DNA of 64,000 bases, from positions 434,001 to 498,000 of the forward strand of contig NC_089432.1 of assembly GCF_026210795.1 (NCBI RefSeq). The letters are read 5' to 3'. Below are positions 27,401 to 40,288 of this stretch, piece by piece. The notes under the pieces are model-generated. The model saw only the letters and a program-made list of their open reading frames with translations. It had not been told where the DNA came from and did not search any database. Position 1 is the first letter of the stretch, and each line of letters begins with the position of its first letter. This stretch comes from Rhizophagus irregularis. Taxonomy: Eukaryota. The translations under genes and the position numbers were made by a program.

Positions 27401-29641
27401 AAAGGCTTTTTCTAAATTAGTTTCTGTTCCTTTTCCATTTTCGTAACATATGGCTAAATTAAACATTGCTTTTTTATTTCCATTTTCTGTTGCTTTTTGA
27501 TACCAATGAAAGGCTTTTTCTAAATTCTTTTCTGTTTCTTTTCCATTATAATAAAATGTGGCTAAGTTATTCATTGCATTAATATGACCATTTTCTGCTG
27601 CTTTTTGATACCAATGAAAGGCTTTTTCTAAATTCTTTTCTGTTCCTTTTCCATTTTCGTAACATATGGCTAAATTAAACATTGCATTAATATGACCATT
27701 TTCTATTGCTTTTTGATACCAACAAAAGGCTTTTTCTAAATTCTTTTCTGTTCCTTTTCCATTTTCATAACATATGGCTAAACTATTAATTGCACTAATA
27801 TGACCATTTTCTTTTGCTTTTTGATACCAGCAAAAAGCTTTTTCTAGATTCTTTACTGTTCCTTCTCCATTTTCATAACATATGGCTAAACTATTCATTG
27901 CATTAATATGACCATTTTCTGCTGCTTTCTGATACCAATGAAAGGCTTTTTCTAAATTCTTTTCTGTTCCTTTTCCATTTTCATAATATATGGCTAAATT
28001 AAACATTGCAACTTCATTACCATTTTCTACTGCATTTTGATACCAATGAAAAGCTTTTTCTAGATTCTTTTCTGTTCCTTTTCCATTTTCATAACATATG
28101 GCTAAATTAAACATTGCATTAATATAACCATATCCTGCTGCTCTTTGATACCAATGAACGGCTTTTTCTAAATTAGTTTCTGTTCCTTTTCCATTTTCGT
28201 AACATATGGCTAAATTAAACATTGATACTTTATTACCGTTTTCTACTGCTTTTTGATACCAATGAAAGGCTTTTTCTAAATTCTTTTCTGTTCCTTTTCC
28301 ATTTTCGTAACATATGGCTAAATTAAACATTGCATTAATATGACCATTTTCTGTTGCTTTTTGATACCAACAAAAAGCTTTTTCTAAATTCTTTTCTGTT
28401 CCTTTTCCATTTTCATAACATATGGCTAAACTATTAATTGCACTAATATGACCATTTTCTGTTGCTTTTTGATACCAGCAAAAAACTTTTTCTAGATTCT
28501 TTTCTGTTCCTTCTCCATTTTCATAACATATGGCTAAATTATTCATTGCTTTTTTATCTCCATTTTCTGTTGCTTTTTGATACCAACAAAAGGCTTTTTC
28601 TAAATTCTTTTCTGTTCCTTCTCCATTTTTATAACATATGGCTAAATTATTCATTGCTTTTTTATCTCCATTTTCTGCTGCTTTTTGATACCAATGAAAG
28701 GCTTTTTCTAAATTTTTTTCTGTTCCTCTTCCATTTTCATAACATATGGCTAAATTATTTATTGCTATTTCATTACCATTTTCTACTGCTTTTTGATACC
28801 AATGAAATGTTTTTTCTAAATTCTTTTCTGTTCCTTCTCCATTTTTATAACATATGGCTAAATTATTCATTGCTTTTTTATCTCCATTTTCTGCTGCTTT
28901 TTGATACCAACAAAAGGCTTTTTCTAAATTCTTTTCTGTTCCTCTTCCATTTTCATAACATATGGCTAAATTATTCATTGCTATGTCACTACCATTTTCT
29001 ACTGCTTTTTGATACCAATGAAATGTTTTTTCTAAATTCTTTTCTGTTCCTTCTCCATTATAATAACATATGGCTAAATTATTCATTGCTTTTTTACTAC
29101 CATTTTCTGCTGCTTTTTGATACCAATGAAAGGCTTTTTCTAAATTCTTTTCTGTTCCTTCTCCATTTTTATAACATATGGCTAAATTAAACATTGCATC
29201 AATATAACTATTTTTTGCTGCTTTTTGATACCAATGAAAGGCTTTTTCTAAATTCTTTTCTGTTTCTTTTCCATTATAATAAAATGTGGCTAAGTTATTC
29301 ATTGCATTAATATGACCATTTTCTGCTGCTTTTTGATACCAATGAAAGGCTTTTTCTAAATTCTTTTCTGTTCCTTCTCCATTTTTATAACATATTGCTA
29401 AATTATTCATTGCATTAATATGACCATTTTCTGCTGCTTTTTGATACCAATGAAAGGCTTTGTCTAAATTCTTTTCTGTTCCTTTTCCATTTTCATAGCA
29501 TATGGCTAAACTATTCATTGCATTAATATGACCATTTTCTGCTGCTTTTTGATACCAATGAAAGGCTTTTCCTAAATTCTTTTCTGTTCCTTTTTCATCA
29601 TAATAACTATTAGCTACTAAATTACTAAGATTAGTTCCCAT
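21487..29641 (-). CDS. Giant Sel1-like repeat (~64 x 36 aa) + C4 zinc ribbon + TKL protein kinase (exons 29641-22325, 22248-21487; ~2690 aa)
   Basis: A 7.3-kb open exon of AMxNLAICYxNGxGTEKNLEKAFxWYQKAAENG units, then CNEC..CQQC, WTS, GGFG and VILK. GT-AG intron 22324-22249, then HGDFHDGN, DLG, PYMAPE and SDIYSF. A probable 1-bp frameshift near 21505 truncates the tail, which would otherwise end at 21320. Confidence 0.92.
22695..29630 (-). repeat. 108-bp coding tandem repeat array (Sel1 units)
   Basis: TTTTTGATACCAA..AAAGGCTTTTTCTAAATTCTTTTCTGTTCC recurs every 108 bp. One unit near 24500 is shortened in frame by 30 bp. Confidence 0.97.
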
Positions 29642-30758
29642 TTGGTTATTTTAGAAATTTATTTTATTGAAAAAAATTTTTTTGAAAAAAAATTTTATTT
29701 TTTTTCTTTATTTAATATACCATGAATTAGTTACTAAAAAGGGGTATATTTTACCAATAGTAGAAGTTACAATAAAAATGAATTTTTTTCGGGTCATTTT
29801 TTTTCCGATGCACTAATCTGCATCATACCAAATTCTAAAAAAAGTTTTGGTCCGATGTGTCAAATTTCACTGTGTTTCATACTTTCAATATAGTAGACAT
29901 ACGCAAAATTTCAAACAATTTATGTATTTTAATATCCTATTATTTAAATAAACTTAATAATTAAAAGCTCTATTTAAGTAGAATCTAAATAAAAAAGCTA
30001 ATTTAAGAACAAACAAGCTTAGTTTTTGAAAAATTTTAAGATTATTAGAAACATTTTTATCAGCATGTTCTTCAATGAAATTGGTAGGCAAATAAGTAGG
30101 TATGAATTGAATATTTTCACAAATAAAACTAATAAAACTTATTATATAGGTGTACAAAATCGTTATACTAATATAATTATAATAATTACATTCAATAGTA
30201 ATTTTCTTCTCAGAAATTTGACGATACATAGTATAATAAAATGATTATTATAAATTTAGAATCCTATTATACTCACGAATATACTTACAAATACACAAAT
30301 AGTATTAAAAAAATTTCTGGGTATCATAACTATCATATGCTTAAATTTAAATATATAAATTAAATCTATTTTTGATAAAAATTGATGTCAAAAGTTACAA
30401 TAAATGAATCCTAAATTTAGATTGGCCCATGTGCTATTACGTAATTCTAATTTTGTATATTAAAATTAAATTTGAAAAAAAAAATTTGAAAAATTTTAAT
30501 GGCAAATAAGATTGTAGGCATGTTTTATTATCCATAGACGTAAACAAACATAATGCAGATCAATGAAACATAGCCTGAAAAATAAAAATCAACGAAAATT
30601 TTTAATTTTAGTTAAAAACGGCGATAAAAATCCGCCATAACAAATACTGTAAATGTAAACAATAAAATGTAAAATATATGGTATTTTGAACTTGTCCATT
30701 TCTAATAAAATCATGACATTAGAATTATAATATATATTTTTTAACCATAATTGAGTCA
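29632..30758. repeat. Upstream region and start of the Sel1-kinase gene, duplicated at ~55923-57089
   Basis: Collinear direct similarity from TTAGTTCCCATTTGGTTATTTTAGAAATTT to TTTTAACCATAATTGAGT. Confidence 0.9.
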
Positions 30759-30759
30759 A

Positions 30760-31330
30760 CAAGCAGTAAATTCCAAACTGTGGGTAAGAGGAGTTGTTGA
30801 AATGGTTGTTGAACCAGTATTATTAGGATAAATAAGCGCATATCCTCCGTCCATCGCTGCAACCGTTTCAAGCGGGTGGCCTGTAGCCTGTAGGATATAT
30901 GTTCACAGTTTCTATAATCTTTTGTATTACTCCATTTTCATCGCTTAAAAAAGGAAATATTCGAATGTTAAAATTAATTTTTATCTTAGTTTTTATAATT
31001 AAAATTTAGAAATTTATTAGGATAAATTCATTTTAAATTTCTGTAAGGAATAACCAGTAGAATTTGTTGTAAGGAGTGGTTCGGATAAATCCATTATCAC
31101 GATGAACATTTAGCATGATGGAATCTTGACCTGGCTTCCATTATTTAGAAGTGATATTAACGTACGATGATCCCAGCATAATTTTACTATAAAGGAGCTA
31201 AGTATGTATTATTATTTATATATATTTAAAGAAATTTTATTTATTACCCGTGAATTACTCCATCTAAGTCGATAACCATTCCCCAATCATTATAAGTGAA
31301 AGGATTGTTTGTATCATCAGCTTCCACATA
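30760..31330 (-). pseudogene. Degraded multi-exon gene fragment, unknown family
   Basis: Minus-strand peptide TVAAMDGGYALIYPNNTGSTT (~30800-30866) and neighbouring coding-like patches separated by AT-rich intron-like stretches. Many stops. Confidence 0.3.
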
Positions 31331-34243
31331 AGTTATTAACAAACAATTTTTTTTACGAGACAAAATCTGAGAGGATTTGCTTTTAGATATTTTGGAAGAA
31401 TATAAAAATTAAAAGATTGTATATTTAATGTATCTGAAGGAAAATCAAATCATTTAACAGTCGGTTCCATTGGGATAAATTGTACGAATAGATAAATATT
31501 CCTCAAATCACTGTAATTTGGAGGGATCTTTACGAACTATTCGAACGACTATAGTGTAGCTAACGTCACAATGCCACATGTGATGTCGTATCATTATAAC
31601 AATCTAAACTGAACATTCTAGGTATTTGTGCGGTTAAAGGTTGGGTTTCTTCAAAAATGATTGATGGTTTTACTCAATAAAATTATCGATAGAGATATAA
31701 AATTTGATATATGATTTAATTTCATTTTGAAATTTTTTTTAGAGTTGTAATAAATTGGGCAAGAAATAATTAAACTTTTTTTTTTTAAAAAAAAAGGTAA
31801 AAAGAAATTTGTTTTTTTAGGGTATCTTATGATTTTTTTTAGACTTTTAATGAAATTATTATTCTCATTTGTTATAATTTTTTTAAATTAAAAATAATAT
31901 GCACGTTGCTATTAAGCAGTAATAAATAATGGTTACATTTTATTATGCATAGGACTTACTTTTTTTTTACAATCAAAAACTTCAGATAATCTTTGAAGTC
32001 TCCAGTTACGTCACGACAATTTTGGAATCTTTGAATGAGTGAATTCAATTATTAAATTCTTTGACGATCAAGTTTGACTTTTTCGGAATCTTTGAATAAA
32101 CTTCCTATTGCGTGTTCCAAATATTTCTATAAAGGGTAAAAATTAAAACAAACGTATGAATAAAGGTTTTTTGCAATAATATTAATTAGTTTTTCTAATC
32201 CGTACTCCGACTATCTTTGAAATTTTTCATGAAAACAAATTTAGTAAATCTTAATTTACATAAATAAAAAGATTTTATATTCGTTTACACGTTCTTATGA
32301 TAAAATATTTTATTTGTTTCAAAGAAAATTTTTTTAGACATTAATGTAACTAATGTAACTTTTTGTAATATAATTTTTTTTTTATTAAAAAAAAAAATAT
32401 TTATACATCATGAATCAAATAATTTATCTCGAAATTATTTGACAATAAATATCCTTGCCGCAGTTATTGTATATTAAGGTTATTATTTGTTTTTTAACTG
32501 TAATGTTTTATTTATTACTATAAATAAATAAATATATAAATAAACATATATATATAGATACGACCGATACATTCGATAGCTTAATATAAATGTTTAATAA
32601 TAAACTTAATCAAACTTAATAAGTTTTATGTTACACAGCTTACGTTAAATTTGTTTCACTATTTTACAGTTCTTGACTCTGATAATCTGGAATAATTGAT
32701 ACGGGAAGAAGAGCCATAAAAAAAGTATTAACCAATTTACAATCATTAGAAGTTAATTACAAAAAAAAAAATTTCTTTACCATGTTTATTCATTAATCAA
32801 TTTCCTATTTCCTATATATTTTCTAAAGATTTCACCCATATCATCCCTGAATGGTGTAGAACACATTTTATTCATTACTCTTTTAAAAAAATTAATGCGC
32901 TCAAAAAATTCCGAGCTTATAAATTTGCTTACAGAGAAAAGTATACATTCTTTAGCCTCGTTACATTTATTTTTTTTTATTTATTTTTTTTTTTTGGCTT
33001 TTTTTTTTGCTTTTTGATATACTAAGTCCGTACTCCGATTTTCTCTAACCTTATTTTGAATTATTTTCTTTCAAAGATGTTGTGTCTACTACACAATGTA
33101 TCACAGTATGTACAGTATGTCGATCGTAGTTACATTATCATCTTGAATCTAACCACTTTTGAATTTTTAAACGATGTTGTGTCTACTACACAATGCATGT
33201 CGATCGTAACATCTTGTATCTAACCACTTGTGTTTACTGCATCAAATGATTGCTTTTCCGCTTGCATATCTATCAAATCCTTTTTTTTTTTTGTGATTAT
33301 TATTAAATTGATTTTTTTATTTTTAAATATTATTGGTTTTTTAATATTTGGTTATTTACTTAATTATTTATGGAATTTTCAATGAAATTCTTTTTATTGT
33401 TCGCTAGACTTTAATTATTTAGTTATGGAATTTTTCAATGAAATTCTTTTATTGTTGTAATTATTTTAGTCTAAATGAATACAATTATATTAATATACAA
33501 TAATATGATAAAAAAAAAACTTGTATCAAAACAAATAATTGACAAATTTTTAATGGGTGAAATGTTTGATGACTGAATTTAGAATCGGGATAGTGACGTA
33601 GGATCTAGTATACATTTTTTTTTTTGGTATTCCGATTTTGATGGAAAAAAACTAGATTATTTTTTATTGTTAAATAACATAAAGAATATTTTGTACAGTA
33701 CGCGTGTGTGTACCTTTAATCAAAGAAAAATCGAATGTGCGTGCCGTTATAAAAATACGATAGTTAATAATTATTTTTAATTTCTTTTAAATCTCTTTTA
33801 AATCATTTATTATTAATTAAAAGCTAAGAATATGATGAATGATGCGACTATAAAATCGACCGTAGAGTCTACTATAAATACTGGCCGAACTTATCATAGT
33901 GCGGGCTGAAATTAATAATCAAATCACGTGATATTGGGTGTAGGTTTAAAAGTACTTTTAAGTTTTTTACAAATCGTATGAAGAATTATTCTCTTTGTGA
34001 AATAACAATAACAATTTGTATGAAGAATAAAGTAAATAATTAATAAATACAGTTTTTATGTAAGAAATGTTATTTTTTATATGTATTTATTAGTAGTTAT
34101 TCAAATAATAATTAAATTGATCGAGTAATAAAAATTTAATCAAAATATAAAAGACAATACATAAGAGACTTAGTACCAACTTATTTATTTACATAAATTT
34201 GATTTTCTGGTAAGTTTGTATTTTATGTTGTGCCCAGTGTTGT

Positions 34244-34440
34244 CAGTGTTGTCACTTCATATATCCAAGTCCACTGGACCGTTTGTTCCACTTTAAGTCC
34301 GGTTATCAAAATTAATTCAGTCAAAGCAAATACAGTCATTTCATTCAATCCAGTATTATTCAGTCCAGTTCGGTACAGTAAATATAATGTAAAAATATTT
34401 TGCTGCATAAAAACATATTTTCAGTCCAGTGACAACACTG
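34244..34440. mobile_element. hAT-like MITE
   Basis: 13-bp TIR CAGTGTTGTCACT / AGTGACAACACTG and internal CAGTCCAGT repeats. TSD not convincing. Confidence 0.5.
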
Positions 34441-34547
34441 GTTGGGATTTGCGTCAGATGATAACTGACGAGCATCAGACGATCAGATGTAAATTGATAC
34501 CTGACGCGTCACATGTTAAGGTATAATTATTAATCATTAAATAAGTA

Positions 34548-36449
34548 TTATTTCATGGGAAGTTTCCCTTCCCAGGAAATAAATAATATTAATCCCTTGG
34601 AGCGTGTTCACTTATTAAATTTGACACGTGATTAACTATTTTAAATCTCTTTTTGATTATTTTTTTCTCACGCTTCTCTTTCCTCTCACACTTTCTCTTC
34701 TCATGTTTTCTCTTTCTTCTAATGTTCTTAAATTTTTCACATTATTTCTTATTAAATTTCACTTTTCATATTACTAAACTTGTTCTCCCTTTCTTATTAC
34801 TATTTTATTTTTAAATAAAAACAATGACCACATGATTTGTTTCATCAATCAAAGAGAAAATTTTAGAATTTCAGAATGCATCAAGAAATGTAAATACATA
34901 TAAATCTAACAAACAGTGGATAAGCTTATTTACGAAATTTCGTGAAGTTCATAGTTATTCAAATGATATTGTTGAACTGGATAACAAACCATTGTTTGAC
35001 CAGTTAGAACAATTTCTAGTTGAAATAAGAAAATCTAATGGTTAAGAATATAAAGCTTTTCACTTTGTGTCGGATTTTGTGCTATAGCACGAGAGATATC
35101 TGAAATATTTGAAAAAATTAGGGTTATAAACTTATTTGACACTTCTCAATTTAAGAGTTTACATAGACCTTCAGATGGTCATATTGAAATTTAATCGGAA
35201 TAATAACCAAAAACAATCAGATCAATTAGAATTGGTGAAATCACTACTGAAAATTTCTTGGATTTAATATTGAAATGGATGATGGTGGAATAAAGCTTGA
35301 GTTACCTAAGGAGCAGAGTGGATTAGTGATCCATATGCAGTATCTGGTATTAGTTTTATACCGCCTAATACTTTAGGAAATGTTATACTCCCGTTGCAGT
35401 TATTAAAAATACTTAACTAAACGTTCTAATAATGTTGAGAATGATTATTTCTTTGTATCAATCAATACTCCCAAAAAAATAGGTTATGGTGAATGGTACT
35501 TAACAAAAAAGCTAGGAAAAAGGCACATGACGCAATGATGCGTAATACACAGTGAAATTCGATATAATAGAACCCTCCGTTCTATTAGTAAAATTTGTCA
35601 AGAATCCGTTATATCAAGAAATCCGTTTAATATATCGGGTAAATTAATTATACTAGATTATGATAATCCGTTCCAGACCCCAATTCAGATATATCAAGAC
35701 TTTACTTATATTAAGGTTCCGGTATAACAAATTTCACTGTGTATATGTATTGATTCTGGGTTGGATTTTAAAGATCGTAGCATTACTAATCATTCAATGT
35801 ATTCATAATCTTGTTGAATCTGGTGTTATTCTTGATGAGTAGATGGCCTTTTCACGATATAAAAATCTGCTTATCAACATCAATCTATCAAACGTAAACG
35901 AGACAATGTTTCTCTTCTAATTCCTACTTAAAAACAGCACTAAAGGATTCAACCAACTATACAAATAAATTGGTATTTAAATAAACATTTGTTTTTAATT
36001 TTATTGTTCAGAACTAATCATTTGTTTGCTTTTTTTTTTAAGATTTTCCAAAGAATCTGATTTAATTGGACAACATGACGAAAGTAGCATGATTGAAAAA
36101 GAGGAATCAGAAGATGACGATTTAAAATATCAAAAATTGAAAATTCTAAAGATTTCTGTAGAAAATTGTAGTAATATTATATATATTTGGGCAATATATA
36201 GAACGAAATTATTAGGCAATTAGTAATCAAATAAAATTTTTAAATAAAGTATGTCATTTAGTACTGAAATAAAAATAAAAGCGCAAATTGTTAAATTATT
36301 ATGATATTTTAAATAATACTTATAAAATTAGGGATTTCCCGGTTATCTATATGAAGACCGGGAAATAAATATGCGAAGATTCTCGGTCATAGTTATCACA
36401 TGAAAAATCAGAATGAAAGTAACTATGAGTGACACTTAGCGCGACAGGA
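34548..36449 (+). mobile_element. Crypton-like (DUF3504-type tyrosine recombinase) element, decayed
   Basis: From ~34824: NASRNVNT..KQW..F..LFDQLEQFLVEIRKSNG*EYK, then KKYL, YFFVSIN, EWYLTKKLG, MMRNICIDSGLD..ITNHS and ESGV..MAFSR, the layout of DUF3504/Crypton recombinases. Stops and frameshifts present. Ends defined by the mini-copy at 17186-17380. Confidence 0.72.
35548..35741. mobile_element. Tc1/mariner-pogo-like MITE inserted in the recombinase relic
   Basis: TIR CACAGTGAAATT/AATTTCACTGTG with TA TSD. Removing it restores the frame MMRNICIDSG. Confidence 0.85.
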
Positions 36450-36890
36450 GGGATTGGAATCAATTCCCATAATTAGAATCGATTTTAGAATCGACTAATC
36501 ACGATTAAATCATTTCTCAAATTTCGATTCTAAAATTTGATTTTCAATTTCGATTAATCATTTCTAATCGATTGTGCATCATTAAATTTGTGGCAGGAAA
36601 ATTTCCAATGATCAAAAGTTTAGTATATAAATCATTTGGTCATTAAGTTTTATGATTTTGCATTCAAAATAAAACGTTTATTGCACGAATAATCAGTGAT
36701 CGGCGGTAACTCTGGCCAAGCTTATAATTCCGGCCAGAATTAAAACTTTAGTATAACGCAAAGATCCTATGTCCCGTGACTTATAATCTTATAATTCTGG
36801 CCGGCACTATAGTTTCGATTTTTTATTAGATAATCGAGTTTAATCGATTCTGATCAAATTTTATTTTGGCGGAATCGATTCCAATCCCTA
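36449..36890. mobile_element. hAT-like MITE with AATCGA subterminal repeats
   Basis: TIR AGGGATTGGAATC(A/G)ATTCC and its reverse complement at 36870-36889. No TSD found. A related single end lies at ~14061-14150. Confidence 0.6.
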
Positions 36891-37539
36891 AGGGTTTAAT
36901 TTATTATCACATTAAAAATACGTAATCCTAAAATATCAAATTGATTAGACTTAAACTCATAGAAAACACTTCATTCAAAATTCTTTATAAATTACAAGTT
37001 ATGATTTCACCATAAATCAAATAAGTATAAAATTTTCATAATAATATGTGTAGTTTATTTATTTACTTATAGAATAAAAAATAATTTCATCAATAAAAAG
37101 TAATTATTATGTAATACTTGGTTGTGCTTTATCAATTTACATCTCACAACATATATATGAAATAAATTATTCAAGTACAAACTCTATTAATCAAAATAAA
37201 GGAATAAACAATATTTAAAATAAAAATTTTAATTATTGTAAAATATCAGATAAAGATCCATGTCTGCTCTTGTCAGGACTTAGGATTATCCGGGGTTATT
37301 AACTATCCGCCTAAATAAAATAATAAATCATTAAAATTTTCCAGTTAAGAATAAATAAACATATTAAATATTAATAATTCGTTATCTGTCATAGCAAAAA
37401 CACTTTTAAATTAAAAATTTTAATCGTGAGAATAAAGTGATTGTAAAACTTATTTCAATTTAATACAATCATATGATGACAAAACTTTATCGAATTATCC
37501 TATCACTCAATATAATATTATAATAAAGACAAAGAGAAG

Positions 37540-39069
37540 CCCTATAAAAAATATGTATACGGAAAGGATACGTTTTGTATACATTTTATGTACGTTTCTA
37601 TAGATTCCGTATACAAATTCCGTATATTTAATAAGTAATTCATTTTTGAACATTTTTTTAAAAAACTAATGTATAAGAAATGTATACGGAAAAAATTAAT
37701 CATGCGGAATGTATACGGAATTTTTAAACTTAATATTTTTAGAAGATAATTTTACAAAAATTCCGTATCATAACACGAGATCACATGATTGTTTATTGTT
37801 TTGTTATGATACGTTTTTTGTTTTTTATATAAACCCTTACTTTGATGAGTTTGATCTTCCGATCTTCCTTTCTGTCTTTCCTTTCCTTTCTCTTTCTCTT
37901 GTCTTATTTTTGTTATTTTTTCTAAATTTTTCTTCTTTCTTCGTCACCCCTTTTAAAAATAATTTTTTTTTTCGTACCTCACTTTAAAAAATTTTTTTTT
38001 CGTCACTCTCCTTTGAAAAAAAATTTTTTTTCATCACTCCCTTAAAAAAAAATTTTTCTTTTATTTCCCACTCTTCTTTTTTTTTAAAAAAAAATTTCTT
38101 CTTTCTATTTCTATTTCCTCTTTATAAAAAAATTTTTATTTTTCTAACTTTGACGTCCTCCCTTTAAAAAAAAATTTTTTTTTAACTTTCCTAACTTCGT
38201 TATCCCTCTTTTTAAAAAAATATTTTTTTTGGTTTATTCTTTATTCCCCTTTCTTTTTTATTTGTATTTAATTTCATAGGCCAGTAGATTTTCTTTGTGA
38301 GAATATTCAGTTTCTTTTTTCTTTTTTGTAGATCAGTTTGGGAGTCCTTTTCTTTTTGTAGGATGATTCAGGATTTTTTTCTTTTTTTAGGTCAGTTCAA
38401 ATTTTTTTGTTTTTTTGTATGTTGGGTTCAGATTCTTTTCTTTTTGTAGGTTGTTTCAGTTTTGTTGCTTCAGAGTCTTCTTTTTTTGTAGGTCAGTTTT
38501 GGATTTATTTTGTTGTTTTGGTTTCTTTTTCATTAGACGCCTCATAATTCTTTTCTTTTATGTAGGTTAGACATTCTGGAGTTCTCTTTCTTTTTTTGTA
38601 GGAATGCTGACCTTTGGTGACTTGGACGATTGCAGATGGGGGTTTTGTTTCCAATCTTTTTTTTTGTTCTTTTAGGTTGTTTGACTACAAATGAACCTGA
38701 ACTTATAGATAATTTAGGTTGCAATAGGTGGTTTTAATAAAGAGGGAATTTTCATAATGTATTTGTACTTTGTTTATTTTTTTATTTTTTATTTAATTTA
38801 ATAAAGTGAATTAGATTTATGTAAATACAATTATAGTAAACTGTAATACAAATAGTAAATTCAGTGACCAAATCGTATAAATTTCGTGATAAAATCAGTG
38901 ATCAAATCATGTAAATTCCATATAAATCCCGTGCAAATTCCGTATCCAAACCATATTTTTGGTGATACGGAATTGTGCATTTTTCCGTATCCTATTATGA
39001 TACGTTATTTCTAAGGAAAAAAAATCGTATAAAAACTTTATAAAAAACGTATCCAATTTTTTTATAGGG
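37540..39069 (+). mobile_element. Non-autonomous CMC/CACTA-like element (CCCTATA termini), copy A
   Basis: CCCTATAA..TTATAGGG ends, 3-bp TSD AAG and subterminal (G)TATACGGA/TCCGTATA repeats. Confidence 0.88.
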
Positions 39070-40288
39070 AAGAGATAATATAAATGATGAGAAAAATTTT
39101 AACGTAATTTAAATAAATAAAACCAAAAGATGGAAACTAACTAATTTAATAAGCTAAATAATAATCTTTGATTTTCCTGTAATATAAGAGATAAAAGAGT
39201 TTGTTGAAAACGTTTTACATTACATGCTTTACAGTATCCATCACCAGTATATTCTTGTTTGCAATATTTACATAGCATAGTTCAATTGATAAATTTAGAA
39301 AACTTTATTAAATGGTTAATAAACTCAACAGCAACAGAAAAAGCTGAATGTTACCTTGAAAATTTTTTTTTCCGATTTACGTTTCCCTATTTACACATGC
39401 ACGACATAAGTGTAACATGAAATCGACAAAATAATTACTGCGTCAAATGTTAGTATACAGTATTGAATTTTTAAAAAATTTGTTTTTTCTTTACTGTAAT
39501 TACTTGTATGTTCAAAAGTTTAAGAAAGTTTATTTGATAATTTTATATTTCTGGCCTTAGAGATCCTAAATAAGTTAATTCTACAAAAATTTATTATGCA
39601 TTTGAATAATGTATGATAAAATATATAATTTCTCATAATAATTTATTAAAAAATTTTTATTGCAACAATTCAGGAATTCGAGTGTATAACAAAGCACGTC
39701 AACCTCTACAAAGCCATGTTCGGGAAGGTAATAAGGCCGTATGGATCTTCGTATATATTGTTATATTTTCACAATGAATGTAAGATGATGGAAGAGATTT
39801 ATAAATCAACGATGGAAGAAGATGTGGTTTGCAAATGAAAAGTCAACAATAACTATTCGGAAAGAAGGAGAAATTTATCTTAAAGCAACCGAAAGAAAAG
39901 AAAAAGGTTCATTTCAAGTCGACAAATATCTCACCTTTGCAAAGGTCGAATGGCGTTTCAGATGGCGGTATTTCGACGCGATAGACCAGAACGTGAATAT
40001 GGATGAAATACTAGCGTCAGCAGTTAGCCAGTTACACGGATGCAATCAACATCTTCATCACATATAGGAAATAGCCGAGAAAAATTTGAAGAAATTAGTA
40101 CTTTTAATGATGATTTTAGCAAAAGACTACCGTCACGACCTTTAGCGTCAACGAAATCGTAAAAAGAGAGTACTGATTTGGATGACTCGAATGAGGCGGA
40201 CGAAGATAATAGGAAGAAACGCAAGAAAAAGAAAATGATTACGCGTGCGGATATAGAGTTAGATTTAGATTTAGATTAGAGACTACGT

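Noticed and set aside
23176..29190. Many + strand Leu/Phe/His-rich ORFs
   Set aside because: Antisense shadows of the Sel1 repeat exon.
22695..29630. Regular repeat array as a CRISPR
   Set aside because: Contiguous 108-bp in-frame coding units with no unique spacers, in a eukaryotic context with no cas genes.
33077..33228. Local ~60-85 bp imperfect tandem duplication
   Set aside because: Two copies only, with no associated structure.
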